Origin: Felis catus | Taxonomy: Eukaryota | Direction: 5' to 3' | Assembly (NCBI RefSeq): GCF_018350175.1 | Contig: NC_058381.1 | Span: 58,280,001 to 58,344,000 of the forward strand | Length of the DNA stretch: 64,000 nt | Shown: positions 1 to 11,958 of the stretch, one piece after another | Layout: every line of letters begins with the position of its first letter | Numbering within the stretch: position 1 is the first letter of the stretch | Program-made: the position numbers and the translations under genes | Notes under the pieces: generated by a model | What the model was told of the DNA's origin: nothing | Seen by the model: only the letters and a program-made list of their open reading frames with translations | Databases searched by the model: none

Positions 1-1490
1 CGCACATACTACCAAGGAGGCCGGGAAGCGGCTGGTGGCCGGGGACAGCGAGCACCCCTGGGGTCAGGGCCCAGGGCGCGTCAGGACTGGGCTGACACCC
101 GGAAGACAGTCTCGCCTCCGCCTGCCGGGGCCTCGTGTTCCACATATGGGGGAGCCTGGGTTCCGGGCCAAAGGCAAGGTTCGAGGGCAAATCAAGGGGG
201 TAGACTACGCACCGAAAGGCCAGGCTTGTGAAGACACTGCCCCATTCGGTGCACCGCGTCCGCGCTGGCTCCCACGCCTACAGGACACGGGAGCGGGTGC
301 CGACGAGCCGACGAGTGCAGGCACCAGGGAAGGACAGCGGCCAAGAGCACGTTTAATTTACGGATTACGGGTCTGAGATTCGTGCAGCAGGAAAGGTCTC
401 ACTTCCCTAGAGACATTTTCAAACCCCACTTGCCCTTCATCCGGGGTGTCCTCGGCGTCCTGGGCACTGGTAAAGGCAGCTGCTCTGTGAGGAGCGTAAC
501 GCGGACACTCCCCTCCCCCAGGGACCCCGGGGACCCGCCGGAGGGAGGCCCGTTTGCTCCCTTCCCGTTCGCGTTTGCCCGAATGCCATTTCTGTGTCTC
601 CTCGTAATCCCTCGGGCGTTTATTTTAGCGGCAGTTAGAAGGGCAACGCCGTCCTCCCTCACGTCCTCCCTCACGTCCCCAACACACAACAGGCCAAAGC
701 GCTCCTGGGAGGCGATGAGGGAAGTGGAGAGTGGCCCGCTCTTGCCGGTGACTCACTCAAAGCAAAGCTGCCCATTAACCCTGTCTCTCAAATCTGAGCC
801 CGAGAGTCCTCAGTCCCCAGATGGTGCCCGCTGTCACCACTGGGCCAAGCGCACACAACGCGCGGCTCAGGCTGGATCAGCAGGCCCTCCGGGACAGCCA
901 GAGGCCGAGGACACGGGGCCCTCCGAGTCAGCCTCGAAGTGACTGTTCAGCAGGACCCCTCCTGGGTCTGAGGCCAAGCTCACCTGGACCACCAGCGGCG
1001 TGTAAGAGTGACCAGCGGTCACTGCCCGGGCCAGGCTCACACGTGCTGCCCCGAATCATCGGTGAAGTGCCCTCTTCCACTCGTGCACGTATCCCCTTTC
1101 CAACGGGAGACCCTGGCTATGGTGGACCCACCTTCCAGATACAGCACCTCCCATGTGGGCTGTTCAACGCTAACCCGGAACTGCCTCTCTCTACGCCCCG
1201 TCTTCAAAAGTATCATCACGAACACCTGTATGTCCCTCCCTCCCGGAGTCTTGCCCACGCGGTACAGCTTTCCCAGTCACCCGCGGACACGGGCCAAGAT
1301 AGTCTGCACTCAGAGGTGAGGCTTTCCGATGTATCTTATAGTGAGCCAGATAAGGAAAAGCATAAAAAAGACCCCCAAAACTTGTTCCAACTTTCACAAA
1401 ATCTACCGTGAGACCTTCAAACTCATCCACGTAATTCATTACTAACTACAAACCGGTACATGTTTGTGCTGCGTCTTCCAGCATTGAGAC

Positions 1491-1509
1491 ATTGCCATCT
1501 GGTGACGAC
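1491..1509 (-). promoter_or_regulatory. Candidate CTCF site GTCACCAGATGGCAAT
   Basis: One mismatch to the CTCF core. Confidence 0.35.
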
Positions 1510-2034
1510 ATCACAAAACAGACACACGTCCACACGCGAGCTTCAGGACGACAGAAGGGGCTTTCGCGCACCTCCCTCCCAGGGTCCTCGGGGGCGTACG
1601 GGCCACGTGACTTGTTGCCCCTTTACTTAAAACGTCACGGTTTACGGTGTGGGCGCGGAGAGGACCAAGGAAGTCTGCAGACCCCTCAGGGCCTCTGGCG
1701 GCCGGTAGCAATACCGAAAGAGGAAGATCAAGTTAACCCCGAATGGCCCCTCCGTCACATCTCATTTAGTGCCGACGGACGCCTCCGTGGGGCTCTCCCT
1801 GGTCGCCCCGATCCGCACTCCTCACCATCACTCTCAGTCTGGACACGGGCCAGCCCCGGCCTCCTCCCCGCCACCGCACTCTCCGGTCGTGCTCCCGAAA
1901 ACAGCGAGAGCGAGCCCACAAGCCTGGGCTGCGCTCCCCCCGAAAGGCAGCACGACTGTCATCCCGGCGTCACCCACACGGATCGAGAGAGACCTCACCC
2001 CCACTCCAGACGCCCGGGCGGGGCTGGGACTCAC

Positions 2035-2062
2035 CGTCCTCCTCTTGGGTTTTAAGGACCAT
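2035..2062 (-). CDS. CYTH1: Alternative CYTH1 first coding exon: ATG GTC CTT AAA ACC CAA GAG GAG GAC G = MVLKTQEED(V), phase 1
   Basis: Good Kozak (aagATGG), consensus donor ACG|gtgagt, same phase as canonical exon 1, and a GC-box cluster ~80-100 nt upstream. Confidence 0.75.
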
Positions 2063-2099
2063 CTTTCCCCACCAGAGCAGGGCCCCGAAGGTTGCTAGG

Positions 2100-2430
2100 T
2101 TGTGTTTCTCAGAGGCCAGCTGGCGCGGCCGAGCTCCCCTGGGCGGCGGGGCCGGGCGGGGCGGGAGCACCTGCCGGGACAGCTCAGAGCGCCTTCCTGA
2201 ACGCCGGGGACCAATGGGCCTCCCGCGGCAGAGGCGTCACGGCCACCACCCAGTTCCTGGAGTCGAGTTCAAGAAGCTTCGGAGGAAGTTCACCAGTTAA
2301 CCGTCTCCTCCTCCCTGGAAGCAGCCCGAGGCCGGAGCCCAGGAGGCCGGCAGCCGCCCTCCCGGACTCTCCCCCGACTCAACCACAGCGACGGACGGAC
2401 GGGGCGAGCCCCTGTGTCCCTGCACCTGGC
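2100..2430 (-). promoter_or_regulatory. Putative internal CYTH1 promoter (GC boxes 2141-2166, CCAAT ~2211, ETS-like GAGGAAGT ~2282)
   Basis: CpG-rich patch immediately upstream of the alternative exon. Confidence 0.6.
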
Positions 2431-2570
2431 GAGCACTTTCTCAGAAGAGAGTCCCATAAAGCCCCGGTGCTCTCGCACCGAGAGGGCGGCACACTTCCGA
2501 AGAGAATGACTAAGACACCGTCATCGTTACGGTATGCTCTGAGGTCACAGGCTAAAAGGAGAAGGCAGAT

Positions 2571-2655
2571 TTTAAGAGAGAGAGAGCAAGCTAGGGAGAG
2601 GGGCAGAGGGAGGGGAGGAAGAAGAGAGAGCTAGGGAGAGGGGCAGAGGGAGGGG

Positions 2656-2694
<39 letters not shown>

Positions 2695-2818
2695 CGAACC
2701 TTAAGCAGGCTCCACACTCAGCACAGAGCCCGACACAGGGCTCGATCCCATGACCCCCAGGATCATAACCTAAGCTGAATCAAGAGTTGGGACACTCAAC
2801 CGACTGAGCCACCCAGGC
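2571..2818 (-). mobile_element. CAN-SINE with an internally duplicated segment and (GA)n tract
   Basis: tRNA-like head gcctgggtggctcagtcggttgag; imperfect TSD gaaggcagattttaagag / gaaagcagattttgagag. Confidence 0.85.
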
Positions 2819-4587
2819 AAGAAAGCAGATTTTGAGAGGAAATAAAAAAAATTCCAAGGACATTTCCAACACAAGTTCGGTTTTATCCCCTTTCTATTTT
2901 CTCCCGTGGGTTCGTTTCCGCATACTGTTATTATATTCACAGTACGTGTTTACTGTTGAAATCAGATGAACGGTAATGAGGATAAAAGCCTATCACTCAG
3001 GAATAACCACTGGTGACACTTTGGTATGTATTATTTATATTCTTCCAGATTTTTGTTCTGTGTATCATATTCTCACTCTGTCTCTTTGTACACACACACG
3101 TACAAATATATCTTTTACCTCTATAGATACCTTGGATCCTATATATGACACGTATAATAACCATATATGTTACACAAACACGTATCTCTTGAAAGGTGTT
3201 TATATCATCTCGAGATGATACATCTAGAGTATATACATCCAGAGAGAAATATAGATCTATAAAGAAATAAATACACATATAGAAAGACAAAAATTCGATG
3301 TTTTACATGCTTTTTTATAATCGGCCATTTTTTTACTTATGACAAACATTTTTCCATGGTGACGGACGCAAGCTGATCACATCTTTCGTCATCCACAGCA
3401 TAGACCGTATTTAACCAATCCCCTACTGTATGACTTCTACGTGGCTTCCACTCTTCCTGCCCATCTCAACACCCACGGGCACACATGCTGGCAGGCCCTT
3501 TATCATCCCCTGAGCAAACGTTCTCAGAGCGGAACTGCTGGGTCTAGATACCGGGTCCCCTCCTCAGTTACTTCACTTACGAGGGACCAACGAAACAACG
3601 TGTGCCTCGGGCGTCATCGCTGCAGGTCCCGTGGCCCGGCCTGGCCCGGCTAACTCATCGCCCCATGAGGGGCTCGCCTGACACCGAGGCCCAGGGGCGT
3701 CACCCGACTCGCCCGAAGCCTGAAACCCGGCACCGAGCTCCGCTGCTGGACCCCGACCCCCTCTTCCCGGTAGCCTTGGTCGTGAGCACGCCTCCCACAG
3801 CAGGTGCGCGGGACGCGGGGCCAGCCATCCTGAGGCCAGGCCCTGACCGCGGGCAGAAAGGCACACGTCAACGGCCAGACACCAGAGCACTGCTTCCAGG
3901 CACGCTCGGAACGTGGCCCCGGCTGTCTCAGGGCAGCGGCCCCGGCCCACCGTTTCCCTTCTTTGTCTGATAATAAATAAACACACAAACATATACTTTT
4001 GGAAACCACTGTTTTGTAGAGGCAACTAACATAAACCAACTTCTTAGCTTCAGTTCAGTACATCAAAGTTACGCTTTCTCCGGCGCGTCTCTTTCTGGAA
4101 CAAGTCACAGGCCAAGTCCCCTCCAGCCCCATTTCAAAACCTAAGTTACTCATTCCCAAATCAGTATTCGTACCCTCTGGGGCCAGGGCCGGTCTCTGAT
4201 GCGGATCCCAACTTTTCAGGGGACGGGTCACTTCTACTTCATGCCTGTCACACAGTAGAGCGTTTCCCCGGAAAAGATGCCCAAAGGCAGGACTGCCCCC
4301 CCACCCCCACGCCCACCCCCTTCCCGGCATGAGCACCTGCCACCTTCGCAGACCCTGCCCGAGCCTGCCTCCCCCCTGGCAGGACAAGCTTCACGTCTGC
4401 TAGTCTGAGAAGTGAAAAACGGCTTCTCGGCGGTTACTGTCTACACTGACCTGATGACTGGTGGTGCTGATGACCTTTTCAACAGTCTGAGGTATTTCCT
4501 CTTTTCTGAACTGCTTATTCATACTGTTTGCCCATTTTCTTACTGATTTGTAGATTATGAATTCTTTGTATTAAACGTTGCAAACTT

Positions 4588-4800
4588 TGGGGCACGTGGG
4601 TGGCTCAGTCGGTTACGCGTCCGACTTCAGCCTGAGTCATGGTCTCTCGTTTCGTGGGTTCGAGCCCCGCGTCGGGCTCTGTGTTGACAACTCAGAGCCT
4701 GGAGCCTGCTTCCGATGCTGCGTCTCCCTCCCTCTCTGCCCTCTCCTGGCTCATGTGCGCGCTCTCTCTCTCAAAAAATAAATAAACATCAAAAAAAACA
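4588..4800 (+). mobile_element. CAN-SINE (feline type) inserted in an old L1 remnant
   Basis: Head, (CT)n tract, A-rich tail, degenerate TSD. Confidence 0.9.
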
Positions 4801-5849
4801 CATTTATTTTAACGTCGCAAATCTTTTCTCACAACCGGTCGCTTGTTTTTAATAGCAGTTGTGGTATCTTTTCCCTTCATAGAAGTTTCTGTGTGTTACA
4901 ATCAAATATGTAATCTCTTCCTCCACTGGCTTCGTTCCGGGCACGTGGAGTGCTGGGTACCCCACGGCGTGCCGGGCACCGGCCTCCGTGGCACGTAGGG
5001 CTGCAGGGGGCTGGGGAGGGAGGGCAGCGGGGAGGACAATGCACGTACGTGGGCAGGTAAGTGCCCAGCGGGGCAGGGCTGGCTGCCCCTGGCCCGGGCC
5101 TGGAGCGGAGCAGACGGCGGCGGGAGGGGAAGGCAAGGCCGGAGGGCGGGGAAGGCAGGGGAGAGCTGCGGAGGGCCTCGGGGGCTGTTTTCGGGACTCG
5201 TTCCCGCGGTGGGTGAGACGGGGAGGCGCTGCCAGGGGCGGGCACGAAGTGAAGGAGCGGACTTCCGCTGTCATGACTCCGGCCGCGGGGCGGCAGGGGC
5301 ACAAGCAGGGAGACAGGGAGGGAGGCCGCTGCCGCCTGGGTGGCGAGGGGCGACAGGACAGGGATCAAAGTCCTGCTCTATTCACTTGGAAGGCAGCGCC
5401 AGGGACTTGCTGACGGACTCCCTGTGGGTGTGAGAGAGGTCGAGGGTGGCCCAAGCCCTCTGGCCTGGGCGGGCAGGAGAAGGCACATGCCGTCTCTGGG
5501 CGGCAGCTGCCACCAGGGTCCCCGCCCCAGGGCGCAGGGCGCGCCTCAGCCTCTGCCCGGACCTCCCGGACTTCCCGCCCCGCCCTGCGCGGCACCGCTG
5601 GCCAGTTCACTTCCCAGGAGGGATTGTAAGGCTCATCCCCATGTGGGGACGGCGGCCCCTACACGACCGGCTCCTGTCCCGGTTGTGTAAGTTGTTGGCA
5701 GGAGAACTGCCGCTCAGGCCTTAAACCGGGAGCACGGCAGGCGCACCTGGCGGGCCACCACGCTGCCTGCCGCGCGGTCACCGCTGTTCCAAAGCTAGTG
5801 CAACAGATGACATTATTTAAAAAGCGAAGTTGTGAATGAAGGGCAACTT

Positions 5850-6030
5850 CGGTTCCTAAAAATAGAAGTTTAACTACCAAAGCACCAAACTCTACGTCTG
5901 ACTCACTCCTAAGTGACTGCATTACTTACCCCAGATCTTGGGACATTTTTCAGATCGCAGGTGGGTGCTATTTATAAGCACGTCAGCCAACAGGCAGACA
6001 CCTGGCCTTCCCGGGCAAACGGAAACAAAG
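5850..6030. promoter_or_regulatory. Candidate intronic enhancer or promoter: two MEF2 sites, AP-1, E-boxes, half-CRE, TATA
   Basis: CTAAAAATAG 5856-5865, TGACTCA 5899-5905, CAGGTG 5958-5963, CTATTTATAA 5968-5977, CACGTCA 5979-5985, CACCTG 6001-6006. Confidence 0.5.
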
Positions 6031-7300
6031 TGCCACCCTGCTCGCCAGGCACAGCTCCAGCATCAGTCCCAAGTACGGCACCCAAGATTATACGCGGCTC
6101 CTTCAACGGAGCTGTGCACAAGTTCAAAGCACACTCTGAAACCACTGGGAAAACAAGGAAAATACAAAAGCGCAACAGTTACCCAGGCCTCAGAGCCGTG
6201 TGAGGAATGAGATGGGCGGCCCAGCCCCTGGCCCAGCCCCACAGCAAGTACGAAACCAACAAAGGGAAAGGCAGCCCTTTGTAGCTACTCGTATCCACCT
6301 CACACAGGAAGGCGCTTGGATTACAGGTGTTTTGACTCGAGACGTGTTATGTTTTCAATTAATAAAACACCTTCAATAGCCTGAGTCCTTTACCCCCGTC
6401 TCGTCTTCTCTGGGGACAGGCAGGCGGGAACGTGCAACCTCGTGACGGTTTGAAATGACGCTAGGAGGAAACGTACATGAATATTCATGTCACGTCCCGG
6501 GGAAACTTTTCTCTCTGCGTGATACCTACATCAGTCACGATCCCAAGGAGCGGGAGTGTGGAGGGTGAACTGAGACAGTGTCTACAGAAGTAAGGGCGGG
6601 GTCTGGGGAGACTCACAAGTGGTGGGGAAGCACCCTAGGGTCAGCAGGAAGGAGCACCCTACCAGGGCCAGGCCCGCAGGTGGCGGTGGCTGGCTGCCTT
6701 GGGGACAGGACTCGGCTAACCCTCAGCCACCTGGCAGGGAGAAAATACCTAGACCTTGTTCTCCTCTGACCAACCACCTGGACAACTCCGGCGGGGGCCA
6801 AGGGCCGGGGAGCCTGCGGGCACAGTGCACCCAGGCAGCCTCCAGCAGAGCAGGACGGAGAAGGGCGCACCCCAAACCACAGGCTGCCGGGCACCTCTCC
6901 TTAGGTCTGCCTCGGCCCCATCAGCTGCCTAGAAGTCTCAGCTCCTCCTCATGGTTTTAAGACCCTTCTTGACGCAACCCTGCTAGCAGCCCCTCCGGAT
7001 CTTTCTCTGACCCTTCATGCCTGGTTCATCTTCTTCAACCAAAGGAACATGCACACATCGTACAAAAAACAAACAGTACCTACGGCTTAAAACAGAAACC
7101 CACAGTTTCCTGCCCAACTGTATCCCCCACCCTTGCACCCTGCTCCACAGAGGTAGCCCTCTTAGCTAGGCCTTCTGCTAATCACCTCCCTGTTTCCAAG
7201 TAACACACCTACACTCTCTGCTCCTGAGTTTTCAATTCTGGACACCAACTGCCTGCCACGATGGACGAAGGCTTGGCTTCTACCTCTCCCCTCCCCCCCC

Positions 7301-7301
<1 letters not shown>

Positions 7302-7347
<46 letters not shown>
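7302..7347. repeat. (AC)~23 microsatellite
   Basis: Read directly. Confidence 0.97.
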
Positions 7348-7349
<2 letters not shown>

Positions 7350-9517
7350 GCATGCACGCGGTAGAGTCACACGTAAATTCTGGGTTCAATCAACACTTAC
7401 TATTTCCATAAATACTGCTCACGACTTAGCTATAGAACCTACTGTGGTTAAAATTACCATAGACGGGCGCTAAGTGTCTCTTTTCTTCCGTTTGCTGAGT
7501 TCTCTGCGTTACGGGCCGAATGCCAAACTCTCTACACTCAGGCAGGAAACTGTCCACAGGGTCAAACATTCGGAGCAGCCTGTGTTTGGCGACGGCCCTC
7601 CAAAAGCCTCCACGCGCCTCCGCGGCCTGGCCTTGCGGCTTCCCCCCGTCCCCCTGGCACCTGCCGGCTCCGGTTCCTCTGACTCCGTGCGTTTTTCTTT
7701 CCTGAATTACCCTCTGATAACAGAACAAGGACGCGCAGGGGCGGGTCTTCACTGCTGCGTGGATTCTGCGTGTCCACAAATACCCGTCTTCTTCTCTCAC
7801 ACTCGACCGGCATGTTGTCTGGGTACAGAACTTAAGTTAAAATCATTTCCTCGCAACGGTGAAGGCACTCCCTCGTCGTCCCCTGTCCCCACGGTGCTGT
7901 TAGCTACAGTGCCCTTCTGACTCCCAGAATTTTCCGTGGGACCTTCTTCCCCTCTCCGAAAGCTTTCGGGGCCCTTGCCCTCGGTGCTGTGCAGCTTCGT
8001 CACAAGGTGCCCGGGTGCGAGTCCGTTTCCACGCACCATGCTGGCCCCTAGGTAGACCCCGATTCTGAAGTCTTATGCTCTCCAACGATGTCCTACCCTT
8101 TTCCTCAGCTGCTCTCAGTGTTTCTGTTAGACGCTGGCCCTCTGCCGTGGATCCTCTGGCTTTTATCTCTTCACCTGCTTTTCATCTCCTCGTCGAGCCA
8201 CTTTCTAGGAAGGGTTCTGGCAACGGAGCGAAGGCCTGTGTCCACCCAAATCTGTGTGTTGAAACCCTACCGCGATGGAGTCTGGAGGTGAGGCCTCAGG
8301 GAGGCAATCGGCTTGTGAGTCCCTGCTCACGTGGGACCGGCGGCCACACGGGGAGAGGCCAGAGGGCAGCTGGCTGTCCCCGTAGCTGGTGGGCACACGG
8401 GACGGCCCTCTGGGAGCCAGGAGGAGAGAGTTCAGCAAGAGGCGCTGACGCGGGCCGGCTCTCTGACCCCAGCCTCACACCCAGAGAGAGACACGTGTGC
8501 TGCAGAGGCCACCCGGTCAGGGGTACCGTGTCACGGCCACCTGCACCGGACGGCTCTCTGCTTCGTCCTCCACGCTTGGCCCTCGGTGTTTCCTTTCTGT
8601 TCTTTTCAGGGTGCACGCACGCACTCTTAATTCCGAATATTCCTTCTGGATAGCATCCTGTTCTTGTTTCATTAATACCACCCCTAAGACTCTGAAGTCC
8701 GTGGCTTTTAAGACGCTCTGCTATGGTGTGGTTCCTCAAGTATCTTTTCTTCCACTTGTGTTGTTCTCCTATTTACCGCAGAGGCTTTTCCTTAAACGTC
8801 TAGTAAACACAGGCTGTTTCTCCTTGTCTAAGAGCCCGGCACCAACAACCTGCTCGGAAGCGGTGTGTGGTGGGCTGGGTCTCCCTGTAAAATAAAAAAG
8901 CGGTGCCGCGCAGAGCCCGGGAGCGACTCTGTGGGTTCTCTGTCCTACTAACCCCAAGAGCCACCCTCCGACCTCCCACCTGGGCTGTGCGGGCTGTAAC
9001 CCTGGCCAGCAGTACCGGGGCCAGGGGCAGGTGGAGGAGAGACCGGGCGCGCACGCTCGAGGCCACGCACCTCCACATCCTCCTTCAGGAGTCAAACCTT
9101 CGTGTTTTACCGAAAGTGGAAGAGACATCGCCTTGCGGCAAGACACAGGAGAGGAGACTAGAGCGTACCTGCCCACCATGAACACCTTCCATCCAGCCTC
9201 CTGTTTCCAGCCTCCCTCAGCTCCGTTCTCAGAGGCCCATGGAGCCCTGCAGCCTTTCTGGGCTGTGAGGGTAAATCATTCCCCTTCCTGATGGCCTCCT
9301 CCCCTGCAGCTTAGATCCTTCTTGGCCAGCTGCCAGCAGGAGGGCGGCACGGGGCACACCGTCACCAGAAGAGCCGCTGTACGTGGGGGGTGGGGACACA
9401 AACACAGCAAGCAGTTCTCTGCAGCAAAACACACACACACACACACACACCCCTGCACATACTGCAAACTCTTTGGAAGGTTACCACTGCTTGGGCTACC
9501 TAAAAAACACGGATTTA

Positions 9518-9749
9518 GGGACATCTGGGTGGCTCTGTGAGTTGAGTGTCTGACTTCAGCTCAAGTCATGATCTCACAGTTTGTGGGTTCAAGCCCCGCA
9601 TCGGGCACTATGCCGATAGCTCGGAGCCTGGAGCCTGCTTCGGATTCTGTGTCTCCCTCTGTCTGTCTGCCCATTCCCTGCTCGTGCTCTGTCTCTCTCT
9701 CTCAAAAATAAACACACAAAAATAATAATAATGAAATAAAATAAACAAA
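9518..9749 (+). mobile_element. CAN-SINE
   Basis: Head, (CT)n tract, A-rich tail. Confidence 0.9.
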
Positions 9750-10023
9750 CGACACACATTTGTACTGTTTTCCTCACAGATATGAACAGATCTTGCCCAA
9801 AATGGGGGGGGTGGTGCTGAGGACAAAGGAAATATGTGTGTGTTGCAAAGACGTCCAATGAAGAATTCAAAGAGCATGGCCATTCCATGACAACTGCGAA
9901 CCTTGCACCTGGAAGAGAGCGTCCTGGGGTTCCTGACTATCTGCCAATACGGACTGCCGTGAGGCAGAGTTTCTAGCACTTTTTTTTTTTTAAAGCACTC
10001 TTATCATCAAAAGAAAAAGTCAA

Positions 10024-10232
10024 GGGGCGCCTGGGTGGCTCAGTCAGTTGAGCCTCTGACTCCTGATCTCAGCTCAGGTCATGATCCTGGTCATGAGATC
10101 GAGCCCCGCGTCGGGCTCTGTGCTGAGTGTGGAGCCTGCCTAAGATTCTCTCTCACTCTGGTCCCCTCCCCACCTGGGGGGGGGGGGGGTCTTGCACTCT
10201 CTAAAATAAAATAAAAATTTTTTAAATAAAAT
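10024..10232 (+). mobile_element. CAN-SINE (older subfamily)
   Basis: ggggcgcctgggtggctcag head and A-rich tail. Confidence 0.9.
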
Positions 10233-10956
10233 GGTTACAAAGGTAAACTTTAAAAAAGTCAGAATCAATTAGGTATATATTGAAAAACAACAATCTAAGC
10301 CATGCCCTTCTGCCCTTTCCTTTTCACACACAATTTGAATTTCAATTTTTTCCAAGAAGAGTCATTAACTCTCGTAAGGAAAGAATAGAAAGGTACAATT
10401 CTTCACAAACTCTGGTCTTATTTTCTGTGTGAAGAAAATCCATTATCAACGGCATAAAATGCCATAAAACTGAGGAGCCGTGTGTTTCTGAGCTTACACG
10501 CATTTTTTCCTGAGAAGGGGGTGGATACACTTATCAGATGCTCACGCAGAGCCCTGGTGCTGGAGAACTCGCGTCTGGGGTCACACTCCTCCCGGGGCGG
10601 GTCCAGGTGGCACCCGTCCCGGGACCCCGGCTAAACGACTCCCCACTTTCTGGTGACGGTGGACCAATGTCCCGACGTACTGCACTCGGCAGCCACCAAC
10701 ACCAGCCTCACCAGTCCGGGGAGACTTTCGCAAACAGGTCACAAACACTTCAGAAAATAAGAATGTAACAGTATTTGTGAGGCTAAGCGTAAACATCAAC
10801 ACATCGTCCTCCACAAAGACGGGGAAGCAACAATACTAATTCTCAGATGAGAAAGAAGAAAAAATTCAAACTGTGCTAGAAATTAGTTGGTACGGCAGTT
10901 TTAAATGCCTTTTAAAGTTAAAAAAAAAAAATACTGGATGCGGTAAAGTCGATCTG

Positions 10957-10975
10957 TGCTGCCCTCTGCTGGCTA
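10957..10975 (-). promoter_or_regulatory. Candidate CTCF site TAGCCAGCAGAGGGCAGCA
   Basis: Full match to the CTCF core CCASYAGRKGGCR. Confidence 0.65.
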
Positions 10976-11728
10976 AATAAAGACACAGTTAAAAGGTTGA
11001 CAACTAGCCAAGTTGGCAGATAAATTCAATGACCTTTAGAACATGGATGGGGAGAAAAAGAGGCTCTTCATGGTTTACCCAGGACGGGCCATGCCCTGCT
11101 GATATTTACCAGTACTTCTGTCTTATTTTCCGAAATGGTTTTCTTAATAATTAAAATTGGTTTGCCCTTTGTCCGCACACTGGCTCAGTTGTGGGAACAG
11201 GTTACCAGCTGGTAGGAACTTGTATCGTACACGTGATAAATGACATATTAACTAGCGTGGGTTACAGAAGGAAACCAGGAGCGCGTGTGCGGGGCGCAGG
11301 CTTACGAAAGCACCGAATACGGTGGGGGGCACAGGATCGCCGAGGCGAAACCCGGGCCACAGTCACAACGCCCCCAAGACAGAAAGACCACGCAGGCCTC
11401 GCTCTTCCACGATTCTGTGACATACGAGACGCATTTATGTTCTTCTCTCAACGTCCTGCTTCCCATTCCTCTCCGTGAAGACCGGTAAAACTACACAGCC
11501 CCGGCAGGATTTGATGACCACGGCCACCTCTCTGTTTAGAGGCCCGAGCTTGGGGACCCAGGCCGAGGGCCCCCTCTCCCCCCTTTGCCTGTGTCTCCTT
11601 AGGAGAAGGTCTCACCAACCTGGGAACCTTAGGTTAGAGAGCCTAACACACTTGGAAAACCTGTTCTCCCATTTTCTAGCTACTGGTCACACACACACAC
11701 GGCTCATTATTTAAGAAGGTTACTTGCT

Positions 11729-11854
11729 GGGGCCCCCGGGGGGCTCAGTCAGTTAAACGTCCAACTTCAGATCTCGGCTCAGGTCATGATCTCGCGGTTC
11801 ATGGGTCTGAGCCCCACATCAGATTCCACGCTGGCCGTGTGGAGCCTGCCTGGG

Positions 11855-11902
<48 letters not shown>

Positions 11903-11958
11903 CCTCCCCAGCTTGTTCTCTTTTTCAAAGTAAAGAAATAATAACAAAAAAATAAAAC
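11729..11958 (+). mobile_element. CAN-SINE with expanded (TC)n
   Basis: Head, long (TC)n at ~11857-11899, tail, degenerate TSD. Confidence 0.9.

Noticed and set aside
1-2000. CYTH1 exon 2
   Set aside because: No sequence encoding PSDLTAEERQELENIRRRK was found; it probably lies beyond position 1.
4588-4680. tRNA-like A/B boxes in SINE heads
   Set aside because: They are tRNA-derived SINE promoters followed by SINE body and tail, not tRNA genes.
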